Origin: an uncultured virus (IMG/VR IMGVR_UViG_3300025073_000045) | Lineage: Duplodnaviria; Heunggongvirae; Uroviricota; Caudoviricetes | DNA length: 64,000 nt | Strand: one strand, 5' to 3' | IMG/VR virus record: IMGVR_UViG_3300025073_000045 | Span: 1-64,000 of that record | Shown here: piece after piece, positions 1 to 8,640 of the stretch | Numbering within the stretch: position 1 is the stretch's first letter | Layout: the number at the start of each line of letters is the position of its first letter | Made by a program: the position numbers and the translations under genes | Notes under the pieces: generated by a model | What the model was told of the DNA's origin: nothing | The model's input: the letters and a program-made list of their open reading frames with translations, nothing else | Database searches by the model: none

Positions 1-1178
1 TATGTGGAGCTCAAGGCACACAAGGAATTCAAGGCATTCAAGGATTATGTGGCCCTATCGGCTTATGCGGCTTAACAGGTAATTGTGGCCCTCAAGGAAT
101 TCAAGGAGTAACAGGTAATTGTGGCCCAATCGGCTTATGTGGAGCTCAAGGCACACAAGGAATTCAAGGCATTCAAGGATTATGTGGCCCTATCGGCTTA
201 TGCGGCTTAACAGGTAATTGTGGCCCTCAAGGAATTCAAGGAGTAACAGGTAATTGTGGCCCTCAAGGCATTCAAGGTGTAACAGGCAATTGTGGCCCTC
301 AAGGAGCACAGGGAATTCAAGGCCTATGTGGCCCTCAAGGAGCTCAAGGAATTCAAGGCCTATGTGGCCCTCAAGGAGCTCAAGGAATTCAAGGCCTATG
401 TGGCCCTCAAGGCATTCAAGGTGTAACAGGTAATTGTGGCCCTCAAGGAGCACAGGGAATTCAAGGAGTTTGTGGCTTAACAGGTAATTGTGGCCCTCAA
501 GGAGCACAGGGAATTCAAGGCCTATGTGGCCTTCAAGGAGCACAGGGAATTCAAGGCCTATGTGGCCCTCAAGGAGCTCAAGGAACTCAAGGAATTCAAG
601 GCCTATGTGGTCCTCAAGGCATTCAAGGTGTAACAGGCAATTGTGGCCCTCAAGGAGCACAAGGAATTCAAGGAGTTTGTGGCTTAACAGGTAATTGTGG
701 CCCTCAAGGAGCTCAAGGAATTCAAGGCCTATGTGGCCCTCAAGGAGCTCAAGGAATTCAAGGCCTATGTGGCTCTCAAGGAGCTCAAGGAATTCAAGGC
801 CTATGTGGCCCTCAAGGAGCTCAAGGAATTCAAGGCCTATGTGGCCCTCAAGGCATTCAAGGTGTAACAGGCAATTGTGGCCCTCAAGGAGCACAGGGAA
901 TTCAAGGAGTTTGTGGCTTAACAGGTAATTGTGGCCCTCAAGGAGCACAGGGAATTCAAGGAGTTTGTGGCTTAACAGGCAATTGTGGCCCTCAAGGAAT
1001 TCAAGGAGTAACAGGAAATTGTGGCCCTCAAGGAGCTCAAGGAATTCAAGGCCTATGTGGCCCTCAAGGAGCACAAGGAATTCAAGGAGTTTGTGGTCCA
1101 CAAGGCTCACAAGGAATTCAAGGAGTTTGTGGCTTAACAGGTAATTGTGGTCCTATTGGCTTATGCGGACCAAGTGGC
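1..1178 (+). repeat. Collagen-coding tandem repeat (9-nt unit, higher-order 135-nt duplication)
   Basis: nt 1-127 recurs at 136-262; caaggaattcaaggc and tgtggccctcaagg units are pervasive. Confidence 0.95.
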
Positions 1179-1538
1179 ACAAATGCTATAACAATTGTAG
1201 CAGGAGAAACTTTAGCAGCTGGAAACTTTGTTAATCTTTATTCAAATGCTGGTACAATTAATATGCGTAAAGCAGATAATACTGATAATACTAAACCTGC
1301 TCATGGTTATGTATTAACGGCTGTAACAAGCGGAAATAGTGGAGGATTTTATCAACTAACAGGACTAAATGACCAGTTAACAAGTTTAACAGTAGGTACA
1401 ATATATTTCTTAAGTACAGCGGGTGGAGTAACATCTACACCACCAACTACAGCTGGAAATTTGAACCAAGAATTAGGAATTGCAAAAACTACATCAGCAT
1501 TAGCGGTCTATGAAAGACCTACTATAACAATTGGATAA
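3..1538 (+). CDS. Cys-rich collagen-like fibre protein with a C-terminal DUF2190/capsid-cement-like domain (5' truncated)
   Basis: The frame starting at nt 3 reads CGAQGTQGIQGIQGLCGPIGLCGLTGNC... as uninterrupted Gly-X-Y to about nt 1178. It continues in the same frame as track ORF 1263..1538 (IVAGETLAAGNFVNL...KPAHGYV...GTIYFLSTAGG). Confidence 0.85.
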   Translation, partial: CGAQGTQGIQGIQGLCGPIGLCGLTGNCGPQGIQGVTGNCGPIGLCGAQGTQGIQGIQGLCGPIGLCGLTGNCGPQGIQGVTGNCGPQGIQGVTGNCGPQGAQGIQGLCGPQGAQGIQGLCGPQGAQGIQGLCGPQGIQGVTGNCGPQGAQGIQGVCGLTGNCGPQGAQGIQGLCGLQGAQGIQGLCGPQGAQGTQGIQGLCGPQGIQGVTGNCGPQGAQGIQGVCGLTGNCGPQGAQGIQGLCGPQGAQGIQGLCGSQGAQGIQGLCGPQGAQGIQGLCGPQGIQGVTGNCGPQGAQGIQGVCGLTGNCGPQGAQGIQGVCGLTGNCGPQGIQGVTGNCGPQGAQGIQGLCGPQGAQGIQGVCGPQGSQGIQGVCGLTGNCGPIGLCGPSGTNAITIVAGETLAAGNFVNLYSNAGTINMRKADNTDNTKPAHGYVLTAVTSGNSGGFYQLTGLNDQLTSLTVGTIYFLSTAGGVTSTPPTTAGNLNQELGIAKTTSALAVYERPTITIG

Positions 1539-1563
1539 TAAAAACCTAAATAAAGGAAAAAAT

Positions 1564-2517
1564 ATGTCAGACATCGTAAAAGAAGATAATAATCTTTTAT
1601 CAGTAATCAATCATTCATTATTTGGTTCTGATAGTAATACTAATAAGATCATTACAAGAGCAACAGATGAAAAATTCTTTGAATTAAAAGCACTTGATAA
1701 TGAGACTTTAACTAAGATAGCAGATTTTATGCCAGAAGTAAATAGAGCTACTAATTCATTTGGTAAGACTCAATCTCAATTTATGAATCATGCAATGACC
1801 ATTTCTTCGTTTGGTGTAATACGTAATTTACGTCAAGTGATGTCAGAAATTGAAAGAAGGAGACAAGCTCTTAAAGAAAATACTTTTAAATTAAAGAAAC
1901 AGATAATTGATTTAAAAGAAAAAGAAGAACAACTAAAAGAATTAGTAGAAAAGAATTTATATAATGATAGGTATAAAATTCTACGCCTTCAGATTGATGT
2001 AGAAGAGATTTCTTCAGGAATTACAGATTCAAGACTTTATATTGAGGGAGCTTTAAAAACTATTTACTCATATCAAATGGCATATCAAGATATGATGAAA
2101 AAGAATAATATTCCACCAGATTGGGATGAGAAGACTTTTGAAGAGGATGAAGAAAGGCATCATATAACAAAAGCTTTTCAACAAGCACATGCAGATATGA
2201 TAAGTACTGGTAGAATAGGTCAAGGTAATCATGAATATATGTGGCAATGTGGCATTAATCCACAATCTGCTTTTAATGATTTAGCAGAGTATATTAATCG
2301 TGAAAATATTGAATATACTAATTCAAAAGGTGTAGGGGTATTATCACCAAAAATAGATGGAAAACTTGAAATTGAAAGTTTCATAAAATTCTTGAATGAT
2401 ATGTATGCTAAATATAAAGGAAGTTCAAGAAAAATTCTTGAAATGAAAGGTATCAATGGTGATGGTTATTATGATGCAGCAGTATTTCATGATATTCAAC
2501 AAAAGACAGGTATTTAA
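1564..2517 (+). CDS. Coiled-coil phage protein next to the propeller genes (possible fibre assembly factor)
   Basis: AAGGA RBS precedes the ATG at 1564; the central part is a long heptad-rich helix. Confidence 0.7.
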   Translation: MSDIVKEDNNLLSVINHSLFGSDSNTNKIITRATDEKFFELKALDNETLTKIADFMPEVNRATNSFGKTQSQFMNHAMTISSFGVIRNLRQVMSEIERRRQALKENTFKLKKQIIDLKEKEEQLKELVEKNLYNDRYKILRLQIDVEEISSGITDSRLYIEGALKTIYSYQMAYQDMMKKNNIPPDWDEKTFEEDEERHHITKAFQQAHADMISTGRIGQGNHEYMWQCGINPQSAFNDLAEYINRENIEYTNSKGVGVLSPKIDGKLEIESFIKFLNDMYAKYKGSSRKILEMKGINGDGYYDAAVFHDIQQKTGI

Positions 2518-3492
2518 GTGTCAGAGTACAAAGTTTTAGCATTATATGATGGAATACCTCAAGAATTAAAATCAGGTGATACTGCAGTTATATCAAGACC
2601 ATTATGGTATGGTGAACGTGGAATTATGGGAGGAGGAGAACAACCAGATTGGGGATATTCTTATAATGTTATAGAGTATATTACAATAGCTACAACTGGC
2701 AATTCATCTGATTATGGTGATTTATTACAAAGATTAACTTATATTACTGCTTGCTCAAGCGGAACCAGAGGAATTTTTTCATGTGGTTTTAATTTAATGA
2801 CCGGTAATGTAAGCGTAAATGTTATACAGTATAAAACTATAGCTTCATCTTCAAATGCAGTTGATTTCGGAGATTATAGTACAGAAGCTTATGGTTTATG
2901 CTCAGTATCAAATTATACTAGAGGATTAATTGCTGGTACCGATAATAGAATAAATTATATTACTATTATGTCTTTTGGTAATACAGTTGATTTTGGAGAC
3001 ATGGCTATAGTTAGATATAATACACCTGCTGCAATCTCAAATGGAACAAGAGGACATTTTTGTGGTGGTACTACTACTGGGAATGTGAAAGTAAATAATA
3101 TTGATTATGTAACCATTATGTCTTTGGGTAACTCAGTTGACTTTGGTGACATAACCCAAGAAAGAATATCATTTTATGGATTAGGTGATTTAGTAAGAGG
3201 AATTTGTGCAGGAGGTCAAAAAGCAGGAGATGTTGGTTCTAATGTTATTGATTATATAACATTTTCAATTGCAAGTAATGCAACTGATTTTGGAGATTTA
3301 GTATCTGCAAGATTTGGTGTTAGTGCTACTAATAATGGCAGTAGAGGTATTATTTCTGGTGGACATGGTACTAACGTTATTGAATATATAACTATTCAAA
3401 CTATTGGAAATACAACTGATTTTGGAGATTTAATAAGTAGAGAAAGTGGATATCCAGGAATAAGATTTTCAGGCTCTTGTTCAGGAAATTAA
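2518..3492 (+). CDS. Kelch-like beta-propeller repeat protein 1 (putative adhesin/receptor-binding)
   Basis: About 6 copies of a ~46-aa repeat RG(I/V)FxGG...NVI(D/E)Y(I/V)TIATTGNxxDFGDL; ends in SGN. Confidence 0.75.
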   Translation: MSEYKVLALYDGIPQELKSGDTAVISRPLWYGERGIMGGGEQPDWGYSYNVIEYITIATTGNSSDYGDLLQRLTYITACSSGTRGIFSCGFNLMTGNVSVNVIQYKTIASSSNAVDFGDYSTEAYGLCSVSNYTRGLIAGTDNRINYITIMSFGNTVDFGDMAIVRYNTPAAISNGTRGHFCGGTTTGNVKVNNIDYVTIMSLGNSVDFGDITQERISFYGLGDLVRGICAGGQKAGDVGSNVIDYITFSIASNATDFGDLVSARFGVSATNNGSRGIISGGHGTNVIEYITIQTIGNTTDFGDLISRESGYPGIRFSGSCSGN

Positions 3493-3496
3493 AAAA

Positions 3497-4435
3497 ATGG
3501 CAGAATTCTTACCTCTAATATTAAAAAATGGTAAAATAGATAATTTATCTTTAGGAGATGGATACGTTAGTTTTAATAGTGCTCAAAATTGGGATAGAGG
3601 AATTTTTGCTGGAGGTGGGAATAATGTTATTGATTATGTCTCAATCTCACATAAAGGTAATGCAGCAGATTTTGGTGATGTTGATAATGGAGGTTATACA
3701 GAATCTCTTGGTGCTTGCTCAAGTGGAACTAGAGGGGTTTTTGCTGGCGGCAGAATACCAGGCTCCACTTATTCTGCTCAAATGATTTATATTACAATAG
3801 CTACTTTAGGTAATTCAACAAATTTTGGTAACTTAACTACTTCAGCAAGAAGGGCTATTTCAGGCACCACAAATAAAACAAGAGGAATTTTTTGTGGAGG
3901 TGATGATAACTCATCAATATATACATATATAGATTATATTACAATAGCTACTACTGGTAATTCTACTTCATTTGGATCATTATCATCTTTAGGATCATTT
4001 ACAGGTTCATGCTCTAATAATACTAGAGGAGTTTGTGCAGGAGGTTATGCTACTGGTTTTGTTGCTACAAATATAATTGAATATGTAACAATTGCTACAA
4101 CAGGAAATTCAACAGATTTTGGGGATTTAGTAAGAACTAGTACTTATACTTGTGTTGCTATTTCTGATTTAATTAAAGCTTTATTTTGTGTTATTGGATA
4201 TGCAGATTATGTTACAATAGCAACTACCAGTAATGCTTCTTATTTTAGTGGCTTAATTCCAGGTTCAGTTCAATACTCTTCTGGATGCTCTAATGGATTA
4301 TATGGAATAATAGGTGGTGGTACTAGTGATTCTACTATGATAATATTAGTAAATATTAATACTTCTGCCATGTCTGAAGATTTTGGAGATCTTTCATCAG
4401 CAAGATATTTTACAAGTGCTTTGTCTGGAAATTAA
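3497..4435 (+). CDS. Kelch-like beta-propeller repeat protein 2
   Basis: Same repeat as 2518..3492; ends in SGN. Confidence 0.75.
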   Translation: MAEFLPLILKNGKIDNLSLGDGYVSFNSAQNWDRGIFAGGGNNVIDYVSISHKGNAADFGDVDNGGYTESLGACSSGTRGVFAGGRIPGSTYSAQMIYITIATLGNSTNFGNLTTSARRAISGTTNKTRGIFCGGDDNSSIYTYIDYITIATTGNSTSFGSLSSLGSFTGSCSNNTRGVCAGGYATGFVATNIIEYVTIATTGNSTDFGDLVRTSTYTCVAISDLIKALFCVIGYADYVTIATTSNASYFSGLIPGSVQYSSGCSNGLYGIIGGGTSDSTMIILVNINTSAMSEDFGDLSSARYFTSALSGN

Positions 4436-4456
4436 ACCTAATAAAAGGATAAATAA

Positions 4457-5083
4457 ATGAAAGTAAACATATTAATTGGAACTCCTGCTTATAATAGTCA
4501 GATACATATTGACTATCTTAATTCAATTATCGATATGCATAGATTGAAGTTACCTATTTCAGTTATGTGTATAGGTAATGAAAGTCTTATTACAAGAGGA
4601 CGTAATACTATTATTTCTTTTTTCAAGACTCATGAAGAATTCACACATCTGTTGTTTTTAGATGCAGATATTGGTATAAAAGGTGACAGTATTATAAAGT
4701 TAATACAACATGAAAAAGATGTTATAGGTGCTCCTGTTCCATTAAAAGGTTTTGATTCAAATGGTAATAAAGTCTATAATATTACAAATCCAATTAAAGA
4801 AGAAAATCTTTATACAGTAGATAAAGTGGGAACGGCGGTTTTCATGTTATCAAGGAAAGCAGTTGAAGATCTTTGTAATAACTCAGATACTTATAATGGT
4901 AATACAATGTCAAGAGGTCTTCAGAATAATAATATTAATTATGATGTTTTCAAAACAGGAATTGAAAATGAGATATACTTAAGTGAAGATTATTATGCAT
5001 GCAAGAAACTTAAAGAATTAGGTTATAAAATATATATTGACGATACAATAATAACAATCCATAATGGAATGTTTCAATTTTAG
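4457..5083 (+). CDS. GT-A fold (GT2-like) glycosyltransferase
   Basis: Motifs ILIGTPAY, ESLITRGRN, HLLFLDAD (DxD), GTAVFML, LSEDYYAC, and a C-terminal H-x-G. Confidence 0.8.
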   Translation: MKVNILIGTPAYNSQIHIDYLNSIIDMHRLKLPISVMCIGNESLITRGRNTIISFFKTHEEFTHLLFLDADIGIKGDSIIKLIQHEKDVIGAPVPLKGFDSNGNKVYNITNPIKEENLYTVDKVGTAVFMLSRKAVEDLCNNSDTYNGNTMSRGLQNNNINYDVFKTGIENEIYLSEDYYACKKLKELGYKIYIDDTIITIHNGMFQF

Positions 5084-5092
5084 AGTAAGAAT

Positions 5093-6028
5093 ATGCCAGA
5101 AAAAATACCTCTCGTAGGAAAAGACGGTAAGATAATTGAACTAAATTGGGGTGATAGTTTAAAAAACAATTTAGTTTGGATTGGAGACAGAGGAATATTA
5201 GGATTTTTGGTTAATGATGCACTTACTGCATTAAATAATATAAGCTATGTAACCATTACATCAACAGGTAATGCGGCAGATTTCGGAGATCTTACTTTAG
5301 CTAGATATAGAGCAGCAGGTTGCTCAAGCGGAACTAGAGGAGTTTTTGCTGGTGGTGCTGTTACTTACAATGAAATAGACTATATTACTATTGCTACATT
5401 AGGAAATGCCATTGATTTTGGAGATCTTACTAATTCAATGAGTTTAGACATTTCTGGTTGTTCAAATACTATACGGGGTATTATATCTAGTAATGCTAAC
5501 TCACAAAGAATGGATTATATTACTTTTGCTACTAACGGGAATTCAATAAATTTTGGCAATATAACTGTTGCTAGAAATAATCCGAGCGGTTGTTCAAGTT
5601 CTATAAGAGGTATTTTTGGAGGGGGAAATTATGGTGGAAATTATAATACTATTGATTATGTAACTATAGCTTCATCTTCAAATGCAGTTGATTTTGGAGA
5701 TTTAACCGTTGCTAGAAATACTACTGGGGCTTCTTCTAATACTATTAGAGGCGTTTTTGGAGGAGGAGAAACTTCCACAAACATTATAGATTATATTACA
5801 ATAGCAACTACTAGTAACGCGGCAGACTTTGGAGATCTTACTTCAGCTAGAAATGGTGTAACTGGTTGTTCAAACTTGACACGCTCGTTATTTAATGGAG
5901 GTTATTCTGGTGGACCTCTTAATACTATTGATTATGTTACAATAAATACTCTTGGAAATGCAGTAGACTTTGGTGATATTAATGCTGGTGTATATTCATA
6001 TACAAGTGTTGCTTTTTCAGGAAATTAA
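5093..6028 (+). CDS. Kelch-like beta-propeller repeat protein 3
   Basis: Same repeat (IDYVTIASSSNAVDFGDL); ends in SGN. Confidence 0.75.
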   Translation: MPEKIPLVGKDGKIIELNWGDSLKNNLVWIGDRGILGFLVNDALTALNNISYVTITSTGNAADFGDLTLARYRAAGCSSGTRGVFAGGAVTYNEIDYITIATLGNAIDFGDLTNSMSLDISGCSNTIRGIISSNANSQRMDYITFATNGNSINFGNITVARNNPSGCSSSIRGIFGGGNYGGNYNTIDYVTIASSSNAVDFGDLTVARNTTGASSNTIRGVFGGGETSTNIIDYITIATTSNAADFGDLTSARNGVTGCSNLTRSLFNGGYSGGPLNTIDYVTINTLGNAVDFGDINAGVYSYTSVAFSGN

Positions 6029-6040
6029 AAGGAGATTAAA

Positions 6041-6694
6041 ATGATATATTTTATTTATAAAACACTACAGATTACTGGTATTGGAGGAGTCTCTATACCA
6101 ACTATTGATGGGATAAATGGAGGACAAGGCTCTTATAAAGAATGGTTATTGGGTACTACAGATTCTGCTTTAAAACTTTCCCAGATTAAAGAATTTCAAC
6201 CTAGAATATTAAAAGAAGAAATTTGGAGAGGCTTATCTCTTATTGGATTACTTCAAGTATTTGATACTTCAATGAATCAATTAAGAAATCTAACTCCAAC
6301 AGAAATTATATATCAAAAAGCTGCTACTAATTGGGAATTTAAAGAAAATGCAAGAAATTTGATTGAGATAACAGTTGGTGATCCTCTTAAACAAATAGCT
6401 AATGTGGATCAGCAATCTCAATTAACTACTCCTGTAATAGTTAGAATGTATAAATTAGTATTAGCTTTATATGCTCATTTAAGCTTGGCTATCCCTGAAG
6501 ATATCTTGCCAGCAGCAACAAAATCGCAGTATGATAATTTTACAGATTTATATTTATATAAAATAGGATCATTACAATTAATTGACAGGATTGATGTTGA
6601 TCCAGATCCAGCTGCTCTTATTGATGATGTATTAACCAATATCCATAACATTGGTTTAGCTCTTAAAACTGAGTATTATGATAAAAAGGTATAG
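6041..6694 (+). CDS. Hypothetical protein (possible fibre-associated chaperone)
   Basis: AGGAG RBS; 217-aa ORF directly after the propeller genes. Confidence 0.55.
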   Translation: MIYFIYKTLQITGIGGVSIPTIDGINGGQGSYKEWLLGTTDSALKLSQIKEFQPRILKEEIWRGLSLIGLLQVFDTSMNQLRNLTPTEIIYQKAATNWEFKENARNLIEITVGDPLKQIANVDQQSQLTTPVIVRMYKLVLALYAHLSLAIPEDILPAATKSQYDNFTDLYLYKIGSLQLIDRIDVDPDPAALIDDVLTNIHNIGLALKTEYYDKKV

Positions 6695-6695
6695 T

Positions 6696-7283
6696 ATGTT
6701 TAAATGTGGTAGTATTGTACTCGTAAATAATAAAAAAAGTTTATTTAGCAAAATAATTAAATGGGTTACTAGTTCTAATTATTCACATTGTGCTATTACT
6801 ATGGGTAATCTTATACCAAAAAGTGAAAGTATATTGACTGCAGAATGGTTTATACTAACACACCCTCTTCAAAGATATTTTGAAAATAAAGATTATGATA
6901 TTGAAATATATGAAATTCAAAATATTGCTGAACAGGAATTAGAAAACATTGTAATTGATTTATACAATGCTCGTGTTAACAGAGGCTATGCTTTTTGGCA
7001 AAACTTATGGTTCATATATAGATATTTGATTGCCGAAAAATTAGGTTTTGATGTTAGAAGACAAGGAAATTGGTTTCCAAAAAGTGATAATTGTTCAGAA
7101 GAAACTTATGATTTATTAAAGAAAGTTACAGAGGTATCAGTACACATTAATACTAAATTAATACCAATGGGGTATAAATTATCTGAATGGAATAGTAATT
7201 GTTTCAGTCCAAAAGATGCAAAAATTATCATTAATAAATTTCCAGAGAATTTTAAACTAGCTTACGAGAGCAAAAATGCTTAA
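6696..7283 (+). CDS. Permuted papain-like NlpC/P60 (YiiX/YebB-like) enzyme
   Basis: His precedes Cys: IIKWVTSSNYSHCAI ... Y ... DNCSEE ... SPKD. The ATG at 6696 is preferred over 6678. Confidence 0.7.
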   Translation: MFKCGSIVLVNNKKSLFSKIIKWVTSSNYSHCAITMGNLIPKSESILTAEWFILTHPLQRYFENKDYDIEIYEIQNIAEQELENIVIDLYNARVNRGYAFWQNLWFIYRYLIAEKLGFDVRRQGNWFPKSDNCSEETYDLLKKVTEVSVHINTKLIPMGYKLSEWNSNCFSPKDAKIIINKFPENFKLAYESKNA

Positions 7284-7300
7284 CATTAGAGGATTTAAAA

Positions 7301-7768
7301 ATGTGTGAAATATTAGATGAAAAAATTGAGAATACAAAAAAGATATCATCAGCTATTTCTGAGCTAGTATCTACAATGACAAGTAATAAGCATTCAGTTT
7401 TTTTCTTAGAAACTTTAATGGATAATATACCTATTATGGTATTTTTTAAGGATACTAATAATAGATTGATAAAAGTAAATAAATATTTCTGCGATTTAGC
7501 TGGCACAACCAAAGATAAGATTGAGGGTAAAAGAAGTGATGATTTTGCAGAAACAGAACATGAAAAAGAATTAGTTAAACATTATGGAGAGAATGATTTA
7601 GATGTAATTAATTCTAAAAAACCAAAACTTAATATTATAGAGAATTTCTTTAATACAAATATACAAATAAGAACGCATAAATTCCCAATTATTCAGAATG
7701 ATGAAGTAGTGGGGGTTTTTGGCATTAGTATTGAACTAAATACACTTAATCATATTGGAGTTCACTAG
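7301..7768 (+). CDS. Stand-alone PAS (PAS_4/PAC) domain protein
   Basis: LETLMDNIPIMVFFKDTNNRLIKVNKYFCDLAG...IEGK...D..VI...THKFPIIQNDEVVGVFGISIE fits the PAS-PAC pattern; GAGG RBS. Confidence 0.85.
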   Translation: MCEILDEKIENTKKISSAISELVSTMTSNKHSVFFLETLMDNIPIMVFFKDTNNRLIKVNKYFCDLAGTTKDKIEGKRSDDFAETEHEKELVKHYGENDLDVINSKKPKLNIIENFFNTNIQIRTHKFPIIQNDEVVGVFGISIELNTLNHIGVH

Positions 7769-8178
7769 TGGAACAAAATCAACTTATTGATAAGCTTATT
7801 TCATTACTTGAAAATAAGCTTGTGTCTATAGATGAAATAATTTCATCGTTTCAAGAAAAAGTTACTACTGCTGAGAAAGACATTATTAAATTCAGAGGAG
7901 ATCTTGATAAACTACAAGATAAATTGTCAACTCACGCTGATTCTTGTCCAATTAATAAACCTATAATTAGTAAAATGGTTTCTGATGCTATTATTATTGA
8001 ATTAGCTAAAGTGCCAGATAAAAGAAGATCACGAATGGTTGAGTGGTCTGTTATATTAGCTACACTTATTTCATTAGTGGTTTTTATATTTGGTCTTTAT
8101 GAAAGTAGTAAAAATAATAATAGTATTCAAGAATTAAAAGAAACTAATAAAAAATTAGAAAAATTAATAAATCGTTAA
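7768..8178 (+). CDS. Coiled-coil plus single-TM membrane protein (holin/antiholin-like)
   Basis: The GTG start overlaps the PAS gene TAG; TM segment WSVILATLISLVVFIFGLY; lies upstream of the endolysin. Confidence 0.55.
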   Translation: MEQNQLIDKLISLLENKLVSIDEIISSFQEKVTTAEKDIIKFRGDLDKLQDKLSTHADSCPINKPIISKMVSDAIIIELAKVPDKRRSRMVEWSVILATLISLVVFIFGLYESSKNNNSIQELKETNKKLEKLINR

Positions 8179-8187
8179 GAGGATTAA

Positions 8188-8640
8188 ATGAAGATAAAAG
8201 ATATCTTTACAACAGCGAAAGAATCTACTAAATTATTAATTATTGCTTTAATAATAAGCTCAATAGGTAGATTTTATATCAACACTTTTTTAGTTCCAGA
8301 TCAGAAAGCTTATGCAGATGAGATCTCAAAGATCGAAAATCAGATTAGTTCTCACTATGATGCAAAGACTAGATCTTATGATAATATGCACATTGTGAAC
8401 AGTCTACAGAAAAAAGTTATTAATCTTCAATATGACGTTCAAAAGACTATTTTAGTAGAAGTATCATTAACATCTTTAATATTATTGACTATTGCAAGTA
8501 TATTAGCTTGGTGGACACAATACATATTTACTGATATTAATTTTAAGACTGAAACTAAATTACATACTGTTTTAGCTGCAGCACTCATTGGTTCAATTTT
8601 TATTGTAGGCTTAGTTTACTATGTTAAAACATCTTATTAA
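8188..8640 (+). CDS. Three-TM membrane protein, putative holin
   Basis: Three hydrophobic segments; overlaps the endolysin start. Confidence 0.55.
   Translation: MKIKDIFTTAKESTKLLIIALIISSIGRFYINTFLVPDQKAYADEISKIENQISSHYDAKTRSYDNMHIVNSLQKKVINLQYDVQKTILVEVSLTSLILLTIASILAWWTQYIFTDINFKTETKLHTVLAAALIGSIFIVGLVYYVKTSY

Noticed and set aside
190..1144. Track ORFs 190..1110 (-), 488..694, 695..928 and 929..1144
   Set aside because: Shadow frames of the collagen repeat; the real frame is the Gly-X-Y frame starting at nt 3.
2518..6028. Diversity-generating retroelement acting on the propeller genes
   Set aside because: No reverse transcriptase in the window and no template/variable repeat pair differing only at adenines.
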